62,571 nt of DNA from Clostridium sp. CAG:451 (GCA_000438295.1 FR901052.1:1-62571), one strand, 5' to 3'. Shown: positions 9,767 through 20,156, counted from the stretch's first letter. Made by a program: numbers and translations. Notes: generated by a model not told the origin, from the letters alone.

Positions 9767-10178
9767 TTATTGTTTCACCCTCGTCTGCGATTGGTATCAT
9801 TTTAATATATTGTAGTACTTTAACATCTCCAATCATATTTATTATGTACTGTTTAAGACAATCATAGTTATCTTTCATTGCCGTTAACCTATATGAAGTA
9901 GTAGATGATGTTTGGAAACTATTATCATCATAACCACTAGTTGGAGCTGGTAGTGTTATATTATCAATAATTCCACTAGAATCAGTATATCCTCTAAAGA
10001 ATAAGACGTTATTACCCCCGATTTCTTTAGTAATAATAATTTCAGCATCCTCAATAGGAATAGCTTGATAAGCAGTAAAAGCCATCACCTTTAAGCTTCC
10101 TTGTTCAGGATTAACCACAGCAAAAGCTTTATACTCTTCCGTTTTTGAAAATTCTTCATAAGAAATAAGTGTCGCCAT
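9756..10178 (-). CDS. SleC N-terminal (pre-pro, carboxypeptidase-regulatory-like) domain protein encoded as a separate ORF
   Basis: 140 aa. GSLKVMAFTAYQAIPIEDAEIII...SSGIIDNITLPAP resembles the N-terminus of full-length clostridial SleC (from memory). Overlaps the next ORF by 11 nt. Confidence 0.5.
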   Translation of the reverse strand: MATLISYEEFSKTEEYKAFAVVNPEQGSLKVMAFTAYQAIPIEDAEIIITKEIGGNNVLFFRGYTDSSGIIDNITLPAPTSGYDDNSFQTSSTTSYRLTAMKDNYDCLKQYIINMIGDVKVLQYIKMIPIADEGETINGN

Positions 10179-11014
10179 TAACTAACCTCCTTTATTTTTA
10201 ATTGCTCTCCAATCGTAAGATTGTTATTAGTCAAATTATTTAAGGCTTTAATATTATCTACACTGGTATTATAACGTCTTGCAATAGTATATAAACTATC
10301 ACCTCTTTGGACTGTATACATTATATATTGTGGTTCAGCATAACCAGTACCAATACATTCTTCCTCAGGATTAATTGGTTCATCACCAGTGCTACCTTTA
10401 ATCATTAGTTGCTCTCCAATTGCAAGATTATTACTAGTAAGGTTATTTAACGATTTAATCTCATCTACTGTAATACCAAACTTTTTAGCAATTGAATATA
10501 AGCTATCGCCTTTTTGAACTGTATACATTGTCATTTCTTCTCCCTTATCTTGCGTTGGTAGTTTTAATACTTGTCCAATACTAAGCATATTACTAGTTAA
10601 ATTATTAATTTTTTTAAGCTCATCTACTGTTATATTATTTTTATTAGCAATAGAATATAAACTATCTCCTTTCTTTACTACATAATCTTTATAAGTAGTT
10701 GGTGTAGATGTAGCATTATCATCAATAGCAATTATTAACAGTTGTCCTACTGTTAAGCTATTACTAGTTAAATTATTGAGTCTTGTTATATCTTTAACTG
10801 TAGTATTATATCTTTTAGCAATTGAATATAAGCTATCTCCTTTTTTTACTACATAATCAATAGTAGTAACAGTAGAAGGAATCTTTAATATCTCTCCTTT
10901 AGTGATAGTATTACTAGTTAAGTTATTAATTCTTTTAAGTTCATCTACTGATACTCCAAACTGTTTACTAATTCCATATAAGGTATCACCACTTTGAACT
11001 GTATATGTTTGCAT
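10178..11014 (-). CDS. LysM-repeat protein (five LysM domains)
   Basis: Five copies of the motif Y-V-(Q/K)-(K/S)-GD-(S/T)-LY-(G/S/T)-I-(A/S)-(K/R/N)-...-N-N-L-T-(S/N)-N. Confidence 0.9.
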   Translation of the reverse strand: MQTYTVQSGDTLYGISKQFGVSVDELKRINNLTSNTITKGEILKIPSTVTTIDYVVKKGDSLYSIAKRYNTTVKDITRLNNLTSNSLTVGQLLIIAIDDNATSTPTTYKDYVVKKGDSLYSIANKNNITVDELKKINNLTSNMLSIGQVLKLPTQDKGEEMTMYTVQKGDSLYSIAKKFGITVDEIKSLNNLTSNNLAIGEQLMIKGSTGDEPINPEEECIGTGYAEPQYIMYTVQRGDSLYTIARRYNTSVDNIKALNNLTNNNLTIGEQLKIKEVS

Positions 11015-11084
11015 ATCTCACCTCAATTAAATATATGCAAAAAGAAAAAAAGCATACTAGAATTAATCTAATTACGCTTATTTA

Positions 11085-11855
11085 TTAAACATATTCAATA
11101 TTATTTTCTATTCTTAAACCAGGTAGTTTCTTAACTAATGTCTTGTTAATAATATTATCAATAGTAGTAGGTGTTTGCTTAGAAACAATAAATTCTTCAT
11201 CAGTTAGTCCATATTCTTCAAATAACAAATCATGATACTTTTTAGTTATACCAATCTTCTTTTTCTCATAATCAGTTATTTTCTTTTTACTATCTAGTCT
11301 TGCAAATAATTCTTCATACTCACTAACTTCTTTTCTATGGTCAAAGTTCCATCTAGCAGCTGGACCACCATAAAGTTCTAAATTACTACGATAAGGATTT
11401 TCCTTATCATATAACTGTTCTAGTTTCGTCATAACTAATTCTAATTGTTCTTTTCTTACTTTCTTATCATCTACTGTTTGAAATAGTTTTAATGTTCCAT
11501 TATCATACTTATAATCAAGTATTCTAATAGTATTATTACCAATATCTTTATAGGCCATTAATCCTGATACTCTATCTTTATTATCAAATATTTTAAGTTC
11601 TTGTTCATTACTTAGTAGTTCTAATGTTCTATTATATATGTTATAAGCAACTATATTTTTATATAAATCAAGATTTTGTAGCATTTCTCTATCTTCAATA
11701 TCTACAATATCTTTAACAGCTGAAAATTCAAGTTCAACTAACTGATTTAAATAATCAATTACTCTTGGATTTAATATTTTTTTATATCTATTTAATGATT
11801 CTTTTAATTCCTCTTTACTACTTATTTTTTTATAAGTTATATTACCTATTCTCAT
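11085..11855 (-). CDS. Hypothetical protein
   Basis: 256-aa ORF with no motif I recognise. Confidence 0.5.
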   Translation of the reverse strand: MRIGNITYKKISSKEELKESLNRYKKILNPRVIDYLNQLVELEFSAVKDIVDIEDREMLQNLDLYKNIVAYNIYNRTLELLSNEQELKIFDNKDRVSGLMAYKDIGNNTIRILDYKYDNGTLKLFQTVDDKKVRKEQLELVMTKLEQLYDKENPYRSNLELYGGPAARWNFDHRKEVSEYEELFARLDSKKKITDYEKKKIGITKKYHDLLFEEYGLTDEEFIVSKQTPTTIDNIINKTLVKKLPGLRIENNIEYV

Positions 11856-11867
11856 TTAATCATATCC

Positions 11868-13520
11868 TTAATGTAAATTATTTTTATATGCTTCTAATCT
11901 ATTTTTAAATTCTTCTATCCCTATTATTCTTAATAAATCATATAAATTAGGTGTCTTATTACGACCAGTTAAAACATGTCTAATCATTTCACAAACACTA
12001 CCAATATGTCCTTTATATAAAGTTTCATCTTCTCTGTACATCTTAACTGATGGTGCATAGTTATTTTCTTCAGCTAGTTTTTGAATCTTTTGATACCATT
12101 CATCTTGACTATCACTACTATTATATACATCTATATATTTAGTTAAAATATCATAATCTACTGCTTCTTCAATAACTTCATTATAACTTGCTTTTAAATC
12201 ATTATAAAATATCTCATTATATAAATAACTTGATTCAGTTTTAACATCTTTTAACACTGCTATATCTTTACGTGGTCTTTTACCATCTCTTTCGATATTT
12301 AAAAATGCTATTACTTTATCTTTATAAGTAGTTAAAAGTTTAGCAAAATCACTATCATATTCTAAAGAGTATTCTAATACTTGATTATATAGTTCTAAAG
12401 CTGTTAGTCTTGAAAAGTAAGTTCTTGAAATGTTATTTAACTTCTCCATATCAAATAATGTTCCACCTGTAGGCATCTTCTTAAAACTAAAAGTAAAGTC
12501 TTCAATGCTCTTATCTTTATTTTGTAAATACCACTCTTCAAAGTTAGTGTTAGCTAGTGTTGCAAGATACAAACGAACAGCATCTACTGGAATACCGGCT
12601 TCTTTATAATAACTAACAGAAAACTCTGGATCTTTTCTCTTACTTAGTTTTCTAACTTTTTCATCTTCTTTTTTAGTAAGGGGAGCAATATGAGCATACT
12701 TACAAGGTTTGAAACCTAATAACTTACAAAGTTGTAAATGCTTTGGAAAACTTGGTACCCATTCATCTCCTCTAACAACATGAGTTGTCTTCATTAAGTG
12801 ATCATCTACTACATGAGCAAAATGATAAGTTGGAATACCGTCTTTTTTAAGTATTACTTCATCTATTATATTTTCTGGTAAAACAATATCACCTTTAATC
12901 ATATCATGTAATACTATTTCATTATGCATATCACCTGGTGACTTCATTCTAATAACATATCTATCACCATTATCTAGATGTTTTTTTACTTCTTCTAGTG
13001 ATAAATCACGGTCTACTGCATAAACACCATAAATACCTATAGCTTCTTTTCTTAACTCTTGTCCTTCTCTTATTTCACTAATTTCTTCTTCACTCATAAA
13101 ACATGGATAAGCTTTTCCTTCACTTATTAATTTCTTAGCATAAGCTTGATAAATATCTTTTCTCTCACTTTGCTTATAAGGTCCATAATCTCCCCCATAA
13201 GAAAATCCTTCTGTTGGATATATTTTAAAATGCTTTAGGGAAGAAAGAATTAAGTCGGTTGCTCCTTCTACTTCTCTTTTACTATCAGTATCTTCTATTC
13301 TTAAATAAAATACTCCATCACTTTGTCTAGCAAGCTCACTACTAATAAATGCTCCATATAAATTTCCTACATGCATAAACCCAGTAGGACTAGGACCAAA
13401 TCTTGTAACAAAAGCTCCTTCTTTTAGTTCTCTAGCTTTATATTTTTCTTCTATTTCTTCTACTGTTAATGGTAGATTAGGAAATAATAAATTAGCTAAT
13501 TCTTCATACATATCAATCAC
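11868..13520 (-). CDS. gltX: Glutamate--tRNA ligase (long form, 550 aa)
   Basis: Class I signature PSPTGFMHVGNL (HIGH-type) and KLSKRK (KMSKS-type); RIEDTDSKRE. Confidence 0.8.
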   Translation of the reverse strand: MIDMYEELANLLFPNLPLTVEEIEEKYKARELKEGAFVTRFGPSPTGFMHVGNLYGAFISSELARQSDGVFYLRIEDTDSKREVEGATDLILSSLKHFKIYPTEGFSYGGDYGPYKQSERKDIYQAYAKKLISEGKAYPCFMSEEEISEIREGQELRKEAIGIYGVYAVDRDLSLEEVKKHLDNGDRYVIRMKSPGDMHNEIVLHDMIKGDIVLPENIIDEVILKKDGIPTYHFAHVVDDHLMKTTHVVRGDEWVPSFPKHLQLCKLLGFKPCKYAHIAPLTKKEDEKVRKLSKRKDPEFSVSYYKEAGIPVDAVRLYLATLANTNFEEWYLQNKDKSIEDFTFSFKKMPTGGTLFDMEKLNNISRTYFSRLTALELYNQVLEYSLEYDSDFAKLLTTYKDKVIAFLNIERDGKRPRKDIAVLKDVKTESSYLYNEIFYNDLKASYNEVIEEAVDYDILTKYIDVYNSSDSQDEWYQKIQKLAEENNYAPSVKMYREDETLYKGHIGSVCEMIRHVLTGRNKTPNLYDLLRIIGIEEFKNRLEAYKNNLH

Positions 13521-13622
13521 TCCTCATATCAGTAATATTTTCACATATTTACAAAAGAAAGTCAAACATCTTAAGACAAATATGCATATTAAAACCCTTA
13601 TTTCTAAGGGTTAATTACTTAT

Positions 13623-13697
13623 TGGCTGCCCCAGTTAGATTCGAACTAACGCATCGTGCGGTCAGAGCGCACTGCCTTACCACTTGGCTATGGGGCA
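13623..13697 (-). tRNA. tRNA-Gln (anticodon CUG)
   Basis: Hand-folded cloverleaf. Acceptor UGCCCCA/UGGGGCA with a U1-A72 pair, anticodon stem GUGCG/CGCAC, loop CUCUGAC, T arm GUUAG-UUCGAAU-CUAAC, encoded CCA. Confidence 0.85.
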
Positions 13698-13744
13698 AAC
13701 TCACATTAACATCATATCATAATTTTAGTTATTGTCAAGTGATG

Positions 13745-14007
13745 ATGTTAATTATTTTCTTTTTCCTTTATTAACCTATCTATATCATTAAAAGCATTTT
13801 CTATTGTTTCTATATGATACATTTCATACATGCTATATATGTAATCTGTTAACCATAATTTCTTCTTTTTATAACAATAGAAGCCAACTTTTTAGCTTGT
13901 TCCAAAGATGTAGTTAAATAAAAACCGGTTCCAAAGTCTACTGTTCTCTTGCTATTAATAATGATTGGATTTTCTATTAATTGATTACTTCAATGATATA
14001 ACAGCAC
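13745..14007 (-). pseudogene. DUF3990-family gene remnant
   Basis: The minus-strand translation gives (GTG)MLLYH*SNQLIENPIIINSKRTVDFGTGFYLTTSLEQAKKLA... The conserved YHGS motif carries TGA where Gly is expected. Further stops follow and the C-terminus is missing. Confidence 0.55.
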
Positions 14008-14150
14008 AGTATCATCTTCCTTATCTATCAGTTTTATTAAAGTACAATACTTATTTGACTATGCTTTTTAATAACTACTTAGATTATGACATTTAAAGTA
14101 GAAATTATCAAACAAAAGTTTTAAAAGAAAAAGAGGTTACCCTCTATTTT

Positions 14151-14381
14151 TTATGTGTTTTTAGAAATATAAGTTTTTGTTAATACTTTATTAGCAGTTT
14201 TTACAACATAATTACTAGCTTCTAAATAGGAACTATCTAGTTCAGCTTGATTTCTTTTTATCTTATTCTCTATTGATCTATTAACAGCATTTACATGTGA
14301 AGTAGATACAACATATGCTACTTCATTACTTCTTCTCTTAATTATAGGTTTATAATTTAGCTTAACTCTTTTTATTCCCAT
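14151..14381 (-). CDS. Hypothetical small basic protein
   Basis: 76-aa ORF downstream of valS, followed by the hairpin AGAGG-GTAA-CCTCT plus a T-run. Confidence 0.4.
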   Translation of the reverse strand: MGIKRVKLNYKPIIKRRSNEVAYVVSTSHVNAVNRSIENKIKRNQAELDSSYLEASNYVVKTANKVLTKTYISKNT

Positions 14382-14409
14382 AATAACATCCTTTCTATTA
14401 TAAATAATA

Positions 14410-16938
14410 CTATTTCTCTAATAATGCTAACTTTTCTTTTTCTTCTTTTAACTTTTCTCTATCCATATCAACAATATTTTTAGGAGCTTTTGCGACATAA
14501 TTTTCATTAGCAAGTAACTTTTCACGTCTTGCAATAGAATTTTTTAAAGCAGCAATCTGTGTTTCTTTTAGAACTTTATCAGCTTCTGTTTCCATCTTTT
14601 CAAAGAAGATAGTAGCTTTTACTCTTTTAGAAAATACATTATATGACTTAATACCAAGTGGTTCTTTAACTAAGTTTTCATCTAACTTTAACATTTTAAC
14701 TATTAAATCATTATCATCAGTTGTATCAAACATAACTTTCATATCTTTAGTTATATTATTTTCTGCTTTAACATTTCTAAAACTTCTAATAAATTCTATC
14801 TCATCATCAACTACTTCTTCTTCTAATTCAAAAATATATTTTTTACTGTACTTAGGATAGTTGCTAATCATGATAGATTCTTCTTCCTTAATTGGTAACA
14901 TTTGATAAATTTCTTCGGTTACATAAGGCATAAATGGATGAAGTAATTTTAAAATATTAGTTAGGATATAACATAATGTTGATTTAGTAGCATCATCACT
15001 CAAACTGTATTTAGCCATTTCAATATAACTATCACAGAAAGATGTCCAAACAAAATCATAAATAACACTTGATGCATTATTAAACTGATATTTATCCATA
15101 AACTTCTTAGTAGTATGAAGCATTTTTTCAAACTTAGTTAGAATCCATTTATCTTCTGGTTTTAAATTATCAAGTTTGATTTCTTTTATATCACTAATAT
15201 TAGTTAAAACAAATCTTGAAGCATTCCAAATCTTATTAATATAATTCCAAGTAGCTTTAATCTTATCTTCATCAAAACGCATATCAGTACCCGCTGATAC
15301 ATCTGTAGCTAGATAGTATCTTAATGAGTCTGCTCCATACTTTTCAATCATATCAAATGGATCTATTCCGTTACCTAAACTTTTACTGAATTTTCTTCCT
15401 TGTTTGTCACGAATTAAGCCATGAATCAAGCAGTCTTCAAATGGTCTTTGACCTAGTAATTCCTCTCCTTGGAAAGTCATTCTATTAACCCAGAAAGGTA
15501 TGATATCATATCCTGTTACTAAACAGTTATTGGGATAATATCTCTTTAATAGTTCTGTATCTTCTGGCCAACCAAGAGTAGCAAAAGGCCATAGGGCACT
15601 AGAAAACCAAGTATCTAGAACATCTTCATCTTGAACCCAGCCTTCTTCTTTTGGAGGATTAACACCGACATAAACCTCATCATTTTTATACCAAGCAGGT
15701 ATTCTATGACCCCACCATAGCTGACGAGAAATACACCAGTCATAAGTTATCTCCATCCAATGATTCATCGTTTTTTCATATCTTGTTGGTACAAAATGAA
15801 CTTTTGTTTTACTATTCTTTTGATTAGCAAGTACTTGATCAGCTAAACCTCTCATCTTAACAAACCATTGTTTTTTAACCATTGGTTCAATAATAGCATT
15901 AGTTCTTTCACTATGTCCTACTTCATGAGTTATTGGTTCAACCTTTAATAATAAATCACTGTTTTCTAAATCTTCTATTACTTTCTTACGAGCTTCTTCT
16001 CTTGAAAGTCCAACATAATCACTACCACAATTTTCATTCATTGTAGCATCATCATTCATAATAACTAGTTTAGTAAGATTATGTCTTAGTCCAACTTCAT
16101 AGTCGTTGGGATCATGAGCAGGTGTTATTTTAACAGCACCAGTTCCTTTTTCCATATCAGCATGGGGATCTGTTATTACTGGTATTTTTCTATCCACTAT
16201 TGGTAGTATTACGTTCTTACCAACAAAATCTTTATATCTTTCATCATTTTCATTAACAGCTACTGCCATATCACCAAATAAAGTCTCTGGTCTAGTAGTT
16301 GCTACATCTATAAACTTATCACTATCTTCTAGTTTATATTTCAAGTGATAAAACGCTCCTTTTTCTTCTTTATAGATAACTTCTTCATTTGATAAAGCTG
16401 TTTTTGCTACTGGATCCCAGTTAATAATCTTTTCACCACGATAGATTAATCCTTTATTATAATAATCTACAAAGACTTTTTTAACAGCATCTTCAAGTCC
16501 TTTATCTAGAGTAAATCTTTCTTTAGAATAGTCTAGGGAAATACCAAGTTTGGCCCATTGTTCTCTAATGATAGAAGCATGTTCATTAGTCCATTTCCAA
16601 CATTCTTCTAAGAACTCATCACGTCCTACTTCATATTTATTTTTGCCATTATCTTTTAGTCTTGCTACTACTTTAGCTTCTGTTGCAATAGCAGCATGAT
16701 CCATTCCAGGAAGCCATAAACAGTCGTAACCTTCCATTCTTTTATATCTAATAATTATATCTTGTAGTGTTACATCCCAAGCATGTCCTAGATGAAGCTT
16801 TCCTGTAACATTAGGAGGAGGAAGGACAATACAATATGGCTTTTTAGCCATATCTCCACTCTTAAAATAGCCTTTCTTCATCCAGTAATCATATTTTTCT
16901 TTTTCTACTTCACTGTGATTATATTTCTTATCTAACAT
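14410..16938 (-). CDS. valS: Valine--tRNA ligase
   Basis: 842 aa. PPPNVTGKLHLGHAW (HIGH), KFSKSLGN (KMSKS), C-terminal coiled coil. Confidence 0.97.
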   Translation of the reverse strand: MLDKKYNHSEVEKEKYDYWMKKGYFKSGDMAKKPYCIVLPPPNVTGKLHLGHAWDVTLQDIIIRYKRMEGYDCLWLPGMDHAAIATEAKVVARLKDNGKNKYEVGRDEFLEECWKWTNEHASIIREQWAKLGISLDYSKERFTLDKGLEDAVKKVFVDYYNKGLIYRGEKIINWDPVAKTALSNEEVIYKEEKGAFYHLKYKLEDSDKFIDVATTRPETLFGDMAVAVNENDERYKDFVGKNVILPIVDRKIPVITDPHADMEKGTGAVKITPAHDPNDYEVGLRHNLTKLVIMNDDATMNENCGSDYVGLSREEARKKVIEDLENSDLLLKVEPITHEVGHSERTNAIIEPMVKKQWFVKMRGLADQVLANQKNSKTKVHFVPTRYEKTMNHWMEITYDWCISRQLWWGHRIPAWYKNDEVYVGVNPPKEEGWVQDEDVLDTWFSSALWPFATLGWPEDTELLKRYYPNNCLVTGYDIIPFWVNRMTFQGEELLGQRPFEDCLIHGLIRDKQGRKFSKSLGNGIDPFDMIEKYGADSLRYYLATDVSAGTDMRFDEDKIKATWNYINKIWNASRFVLTNISDIKEIKLDNLKPEDKWILTKFEKMLHTTKKFMDKYQFNNASSVIYDFVWTSFCDSYIEMAKYSLSDDATKSTLCYILTNILKLLHPFMPYVTEEIYQMLPIKEEESIMISNYPKYSKKYIFELEEEVVDDEIEFIRSFRNVKAENNITKDMKVMFDTTDDNDLIVKMLKLDENLVKEPLGIKSYNVFSKRVKATIFFEKMETEADKVLKETQIAALKNSIARREKLLANENYVAKAPKNIVDMDREKLKEEKEKLALLEK

Positions 16939-16949
16939 TTAAATCATCC

Positions 16950-17175
16950 TTTCTAAAAATAAAAACTTCTCTATCCAAAGGACGAGAAGTTCGTGGTACC
17001 ACCTTAATTTGTATGTTTAACATACCTTATTTATTTAACGGTTCTCCCGGGATAACCTACTACTATTTCAGAAATCCTACTCTTGTTGCTACCTTCCATA
17101 TCTTTTATTGTTAAGTCTCACCTACCCTTAACTCTCTAAAAATAAAATGATATGTACTCCTCAACAGTCAATGTA
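16950..17175 (-). promoter_or_regulatory. T-box riboswitch leader of valS
   Basis: The minus strand contains the T-box core AATTAAGGTGGTACCACGAACTTCTCG (16981-17010). It overlaps the terminator AACTTCTC...GAGAAGTT plus a T-run. Upstream are AGAGAG and GGTAGGTGAGA stem I elements. Candidate Val specifier GUA at 17092-17090. Confidence 0.85.
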
Positions 17176-17216
17176 TTTACATGTATTATAATATACTGCT
17201 TTTAAAATAGCAAGCA

Positions 17217-17426
17217 CTACATATACTTTTGCATTGATTTCATCATTTGATTAACTTGCTTTTGACTAGGTTTTCTACCCATTTGCATCATCAAAGTTTT
17301 AATCATTTCTTCATTTATTGGTGGATTTTTCTCCATATACTTCTTAGTAACATTTCTTGCTATAAAAAAACCAATTACTGCTCCAATAAGAAGTCCTACT
17401 ACTATTAATAATATATCATGTAACAT
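17217..17426 (-). CDS. yneF: UPF0154 (YneF-like) small membrane protein
   Basis: 69 aa. One N-terminal TM, then [35 protein letters not shown], typical of YneF. Confidence 0.8.
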   Translation of the reverse strand: MLHDILLIVVGLLIGAVIGFFIARNVTKKYMEKNPPINEEMIKTLMMQMGRKPSQKQVNQMMKSMQKYM

Positions 17427-17716
17427 CTTTTTTCACCTCGAGTTTATTTTACTAAATATTTTCTATCTAGACAAGTAAATTTTATCTTTTAATTTGATTT
17501 TTACATCTTGAAAATAGCTGTAATTTTTTTAAATACTTATTACATTCTATAAGACATATTTTTATCACTTACTAACAATATTAACAGGAAATAAAACGAC
17601 TACTTATATTATTCCTTTCATTATACTTCATAATAATCATTAAACAATTATCATGTTTTTGAAAAATATTTCCAAAAGTATCTTGTTTCAGTAAGTTTTG
17701 GAAGTATATTTTATTT

Positions 17717-18148
17717 TTATCTTGATAATACTTCATTATAATTTTCTAGGAAGAAGTAGTCTTGATTCTTAAAATCACAAATAAAATAATTATTATTTAA
17801 CCCATTTAATACTTTTAAGAAAAAAGAATGATAGTAATTAGTCTTTAATAGCATATAACTTTTTTTAATAGCAAGTGATCCTATCTCTTCATGGGAAGGA
17901 TTATTATAGTAATGAATGCCTTTTCTTTTACTATAAGGAATAGACTGATGATATTTAATAAAGATATGTTGATCTAACTTATCTTTATCTATCTTCTTAG
18001 TTAGTTGTTTAAATAGACTATAGCCATACTTAGCATTATCTTCTCCTAAGAAATATATCTGTTCTAGAATCTGATATAAAATAGAAGGCTTATCTTGATA
18101 TAAACTTTTAAACTCATCTTTAATTTCAAAAATAAAAAACTCTCTCAT
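17717..18148 (-). CDS. SirA-like (DUF2522) sporulation inhibitor of replication, tentative
   Basis: 143 aa. Its position between tkt and yneF mirrors B. subtilis tkt-sirA(yneE)-yneF. The N-terminus FFIFEIKDEF resembles SirA from memory. Confidence 0.45.
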   Translation of the reverse strand: MREFFIFEIKDEFKSLYQDKPSILYQILEQIYFLGEDNAKYGYSLFKQLTKKIDKDKLDQHIFIKYHQSIPYSKRKGIHYYNNPSHEEIGSLAIKKSYMLLKTNYYHSFFLKVLNGLNNNYFICDFKNQDYFFLENYNEVLSR

Positions 18149-18197
18149 ATAATCACCACAGTAATCATAACAAGAAAGTTTTAAAAATATTGTCGAA

Positions 18198-20156
18198 TTA
18201 TTTAAGTAATGCTTCTATTTTTAATGAGATTTCTTCTTTCGTAAATCCATAGAAAGAATTAACTTCTTCCGTCTTGCCACTAGCCCCAAACTTATCAAGT
18301 GTAAATAAGTAACTATCTTTATAGACAAAGGAGTACCAAGAATAACTTGATCCTTTCTCAATAACAAATTTCTTTACTCCTAAAGGTAATAGCTCTTCTT
18401 TTTCTTCCTTTGTTAAATTATTATATCTTTCAATTGATGGCATACTAACTACTCTTAAGTCATAGCCTTTTTCTTTTAATAATTGCATAACCTCAAGAGC
18501 TAAAGTCACTTCTTCACCAGTAGCAATAATAACACCATCTAGTTTCCGCTCTTCATTATGAACAATATATCCTCCTTTACTAGTAGCAGAAATAGAAGTT
18601 GATTCTAATATCTTGATAGAGCCTCTTCCAATAATTAAGGAACTAGGACTATTATTTTCATAAATAGTTTTAAATGATCCAATCACTTCATTAGAATCAG
18701 CTGGTCTAAACACTTCCATATTAGGAATAGCTCTTAAACTTACCAGTTGTTCTACTGGTTGATGTGTTGGTCCATCCTGTCCTATTGAAATAGAGTCATG
18801 TGTAAAAATATAAGTAACAGGAAGATCCATAAGAGCTGTTAATCTAAGAGCCGGTTTTAAGTAGTCACTAAAACTTAAGAAAGTTGAGACAAAAGGACGA
18901 TACCCTGCAAGAGCAAGACCATTAGCAATAGATGCCATAGCATGTTCTCTTACCCCAAAATTAATATTTCTACCTATATAGTTATCTTTAGTAAATGAAG
19001 TTAATTCATTCAAATATATCTTAGTTGATGATGAAGTATCAGCATTACCCCCTATTATTAAAGGACTAATTAAAGAATATGAATTAAGCACTTTATTAGC
19101 ACTTATTCTAAGTAACTCTTCATTATCATCTGGTTTTGTATAATCAAGAGTTGTTAATTTAATAGATTTATCCGGATTAATTAACTTATTTAAAATACTC
19201 ATCTCTTCTTCATCAAGCATTTCTTTTATCTCATCAAAGTTAGTTACTAAGTCTTTATTTCTTTCTTTAATATAACTTCTAAACTCTTCTACTGCTTCAT
19301 TACTGATAGTAAAAGGAATATCACGAACACCAAGAGTAGTTTTTATCTTAGATATTTCTTCCTTATCAAAACAACCTGAATGACTCTTATTACTATCAGC
19401 TAGACTAGAGTCTTTACCAATCGTAGTAGCTACTTGAATAATAGTTGGTTTATCTGCTTCTTTTGCTTTTATAATAGCATCATCTATATCTTGTGGCTCA
19501 TCACTTGTTGTTAAAACAGTCCAGTTCATACTTTCAAATCTTTTAGTAATATCTTCATCAAAAACATTATCTATCTTACCATCCATTGTTGTTTTATTAG
19601 AATCATAAAGTACTATTAAATTATCTAGTTTTAAACTTCCAGCAAGAGATGCCGCTTCATAGCTAACTCCTTCCATCAAGTCACCATCACCACATAAACA
19701 GTAAATATTATAATCAATTACTTTTTCTTTTTTATTAATTAAAGCTTCTGTATGTTTTTCAGCTATCGCATACCCAACAGCTGTAGCAAATCCTTGTCCT
19801 AAAGGACCAGTTGTCATTTCAACCCCTGGTGTCTTCTTATATTTGGGATGACCTGGCGTTTTAGAGTTTAGTCTTCGAAAAGCTTTTAAGTCATCAAGTG
19901 ATAAATCATACCCAGCAAAATAAAGGATAGAATAAAGTAAGCTAGAACCATGACCAGCACTCATTATAAATCTATCACGGTTATAAAAGTTAGGATTAGA
20001 AGCATCGAACCTTAAATGATTTAAATACAAGGTATAAAGTATAGGAGCAGCTCCTAAAACAATACCCGGATGTCCACTTCCCGCTTCTTCTATCATATCA
20101 AGACCAAGAGATTTAATCTCACCAATTATTTTTTCTTCTATCTTTTTAGATAACAT
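18198..20156 (-). CDS. tkt: Transketolase
   Basis: 652 aa. SGHPG, GDGDLMEG and THDSISIGQDGPTHQP motifs. Confidence 0.97.
   Translation of the reverse strand: MLSKKIEEKIIGEIKSLGLDMIEEAGSGHPGIVLGAAPILYTLYLNHLRFDASNPNFYNRDRFIMSAGHGSSLLYSILYFAGYDLSLDDLKAFRRLNSKTPGHPKYKKTPGVEMTTGPLGQGFATAVGYAIAEKHTEALINKKEKVIDYNIYCLCGDGDLMEGVSYEAASLAGSLKLDNLIVLYDSNKTTMDGKIDNVFDEDITKRFESMNWTVLTTSDEPQDIDDAIIKAKEADKPTIIQVATTIGKDSSLADSNKSHSGCFDKEEISKIKTTLGVRDIPFTISNEAVEEFRSYIKERNKDLVTNFDEIKEMLDEEEMSILNKLINPDKSIKLTTLDYTKPDDNEELLRISANKVLNSYSLISPLIIGGNADTSSSTKIYLNELTSFTKDNYIGRNINFGVREHAMASIANGLALAGYRPFVSTFLSFSDYLKPALRLTALMDLPVTYIFTHDSISIGQDGPTHQPVEQLVSLRAIPNMEVFRPADSNEVIGSFKTIYENNSPSSLIIGRGSIKILESTSISATSKGGYIVHNEERKLDGVIIATGEEVTLALEVMQLLKEKGYDLRVVSMPSIERYNNLTKEEKEELLPLGVKKFVIEKGSSYSWYSFVYKDSYLFTLDKFGASGKTEEVNSFYGFTKEEISLKIEALLK

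Noticed and set aside
17165-17205. dif-like (XerCD) site: ATTTACATGTATTATAATATACT
   Set aside because: Only the ATGTAAA-like half resembles the Bacillus dif XerD arm. The other arm does not match. The sequence lies in the valS promoter region and is more simply explained as AT-rich promoter DNA.
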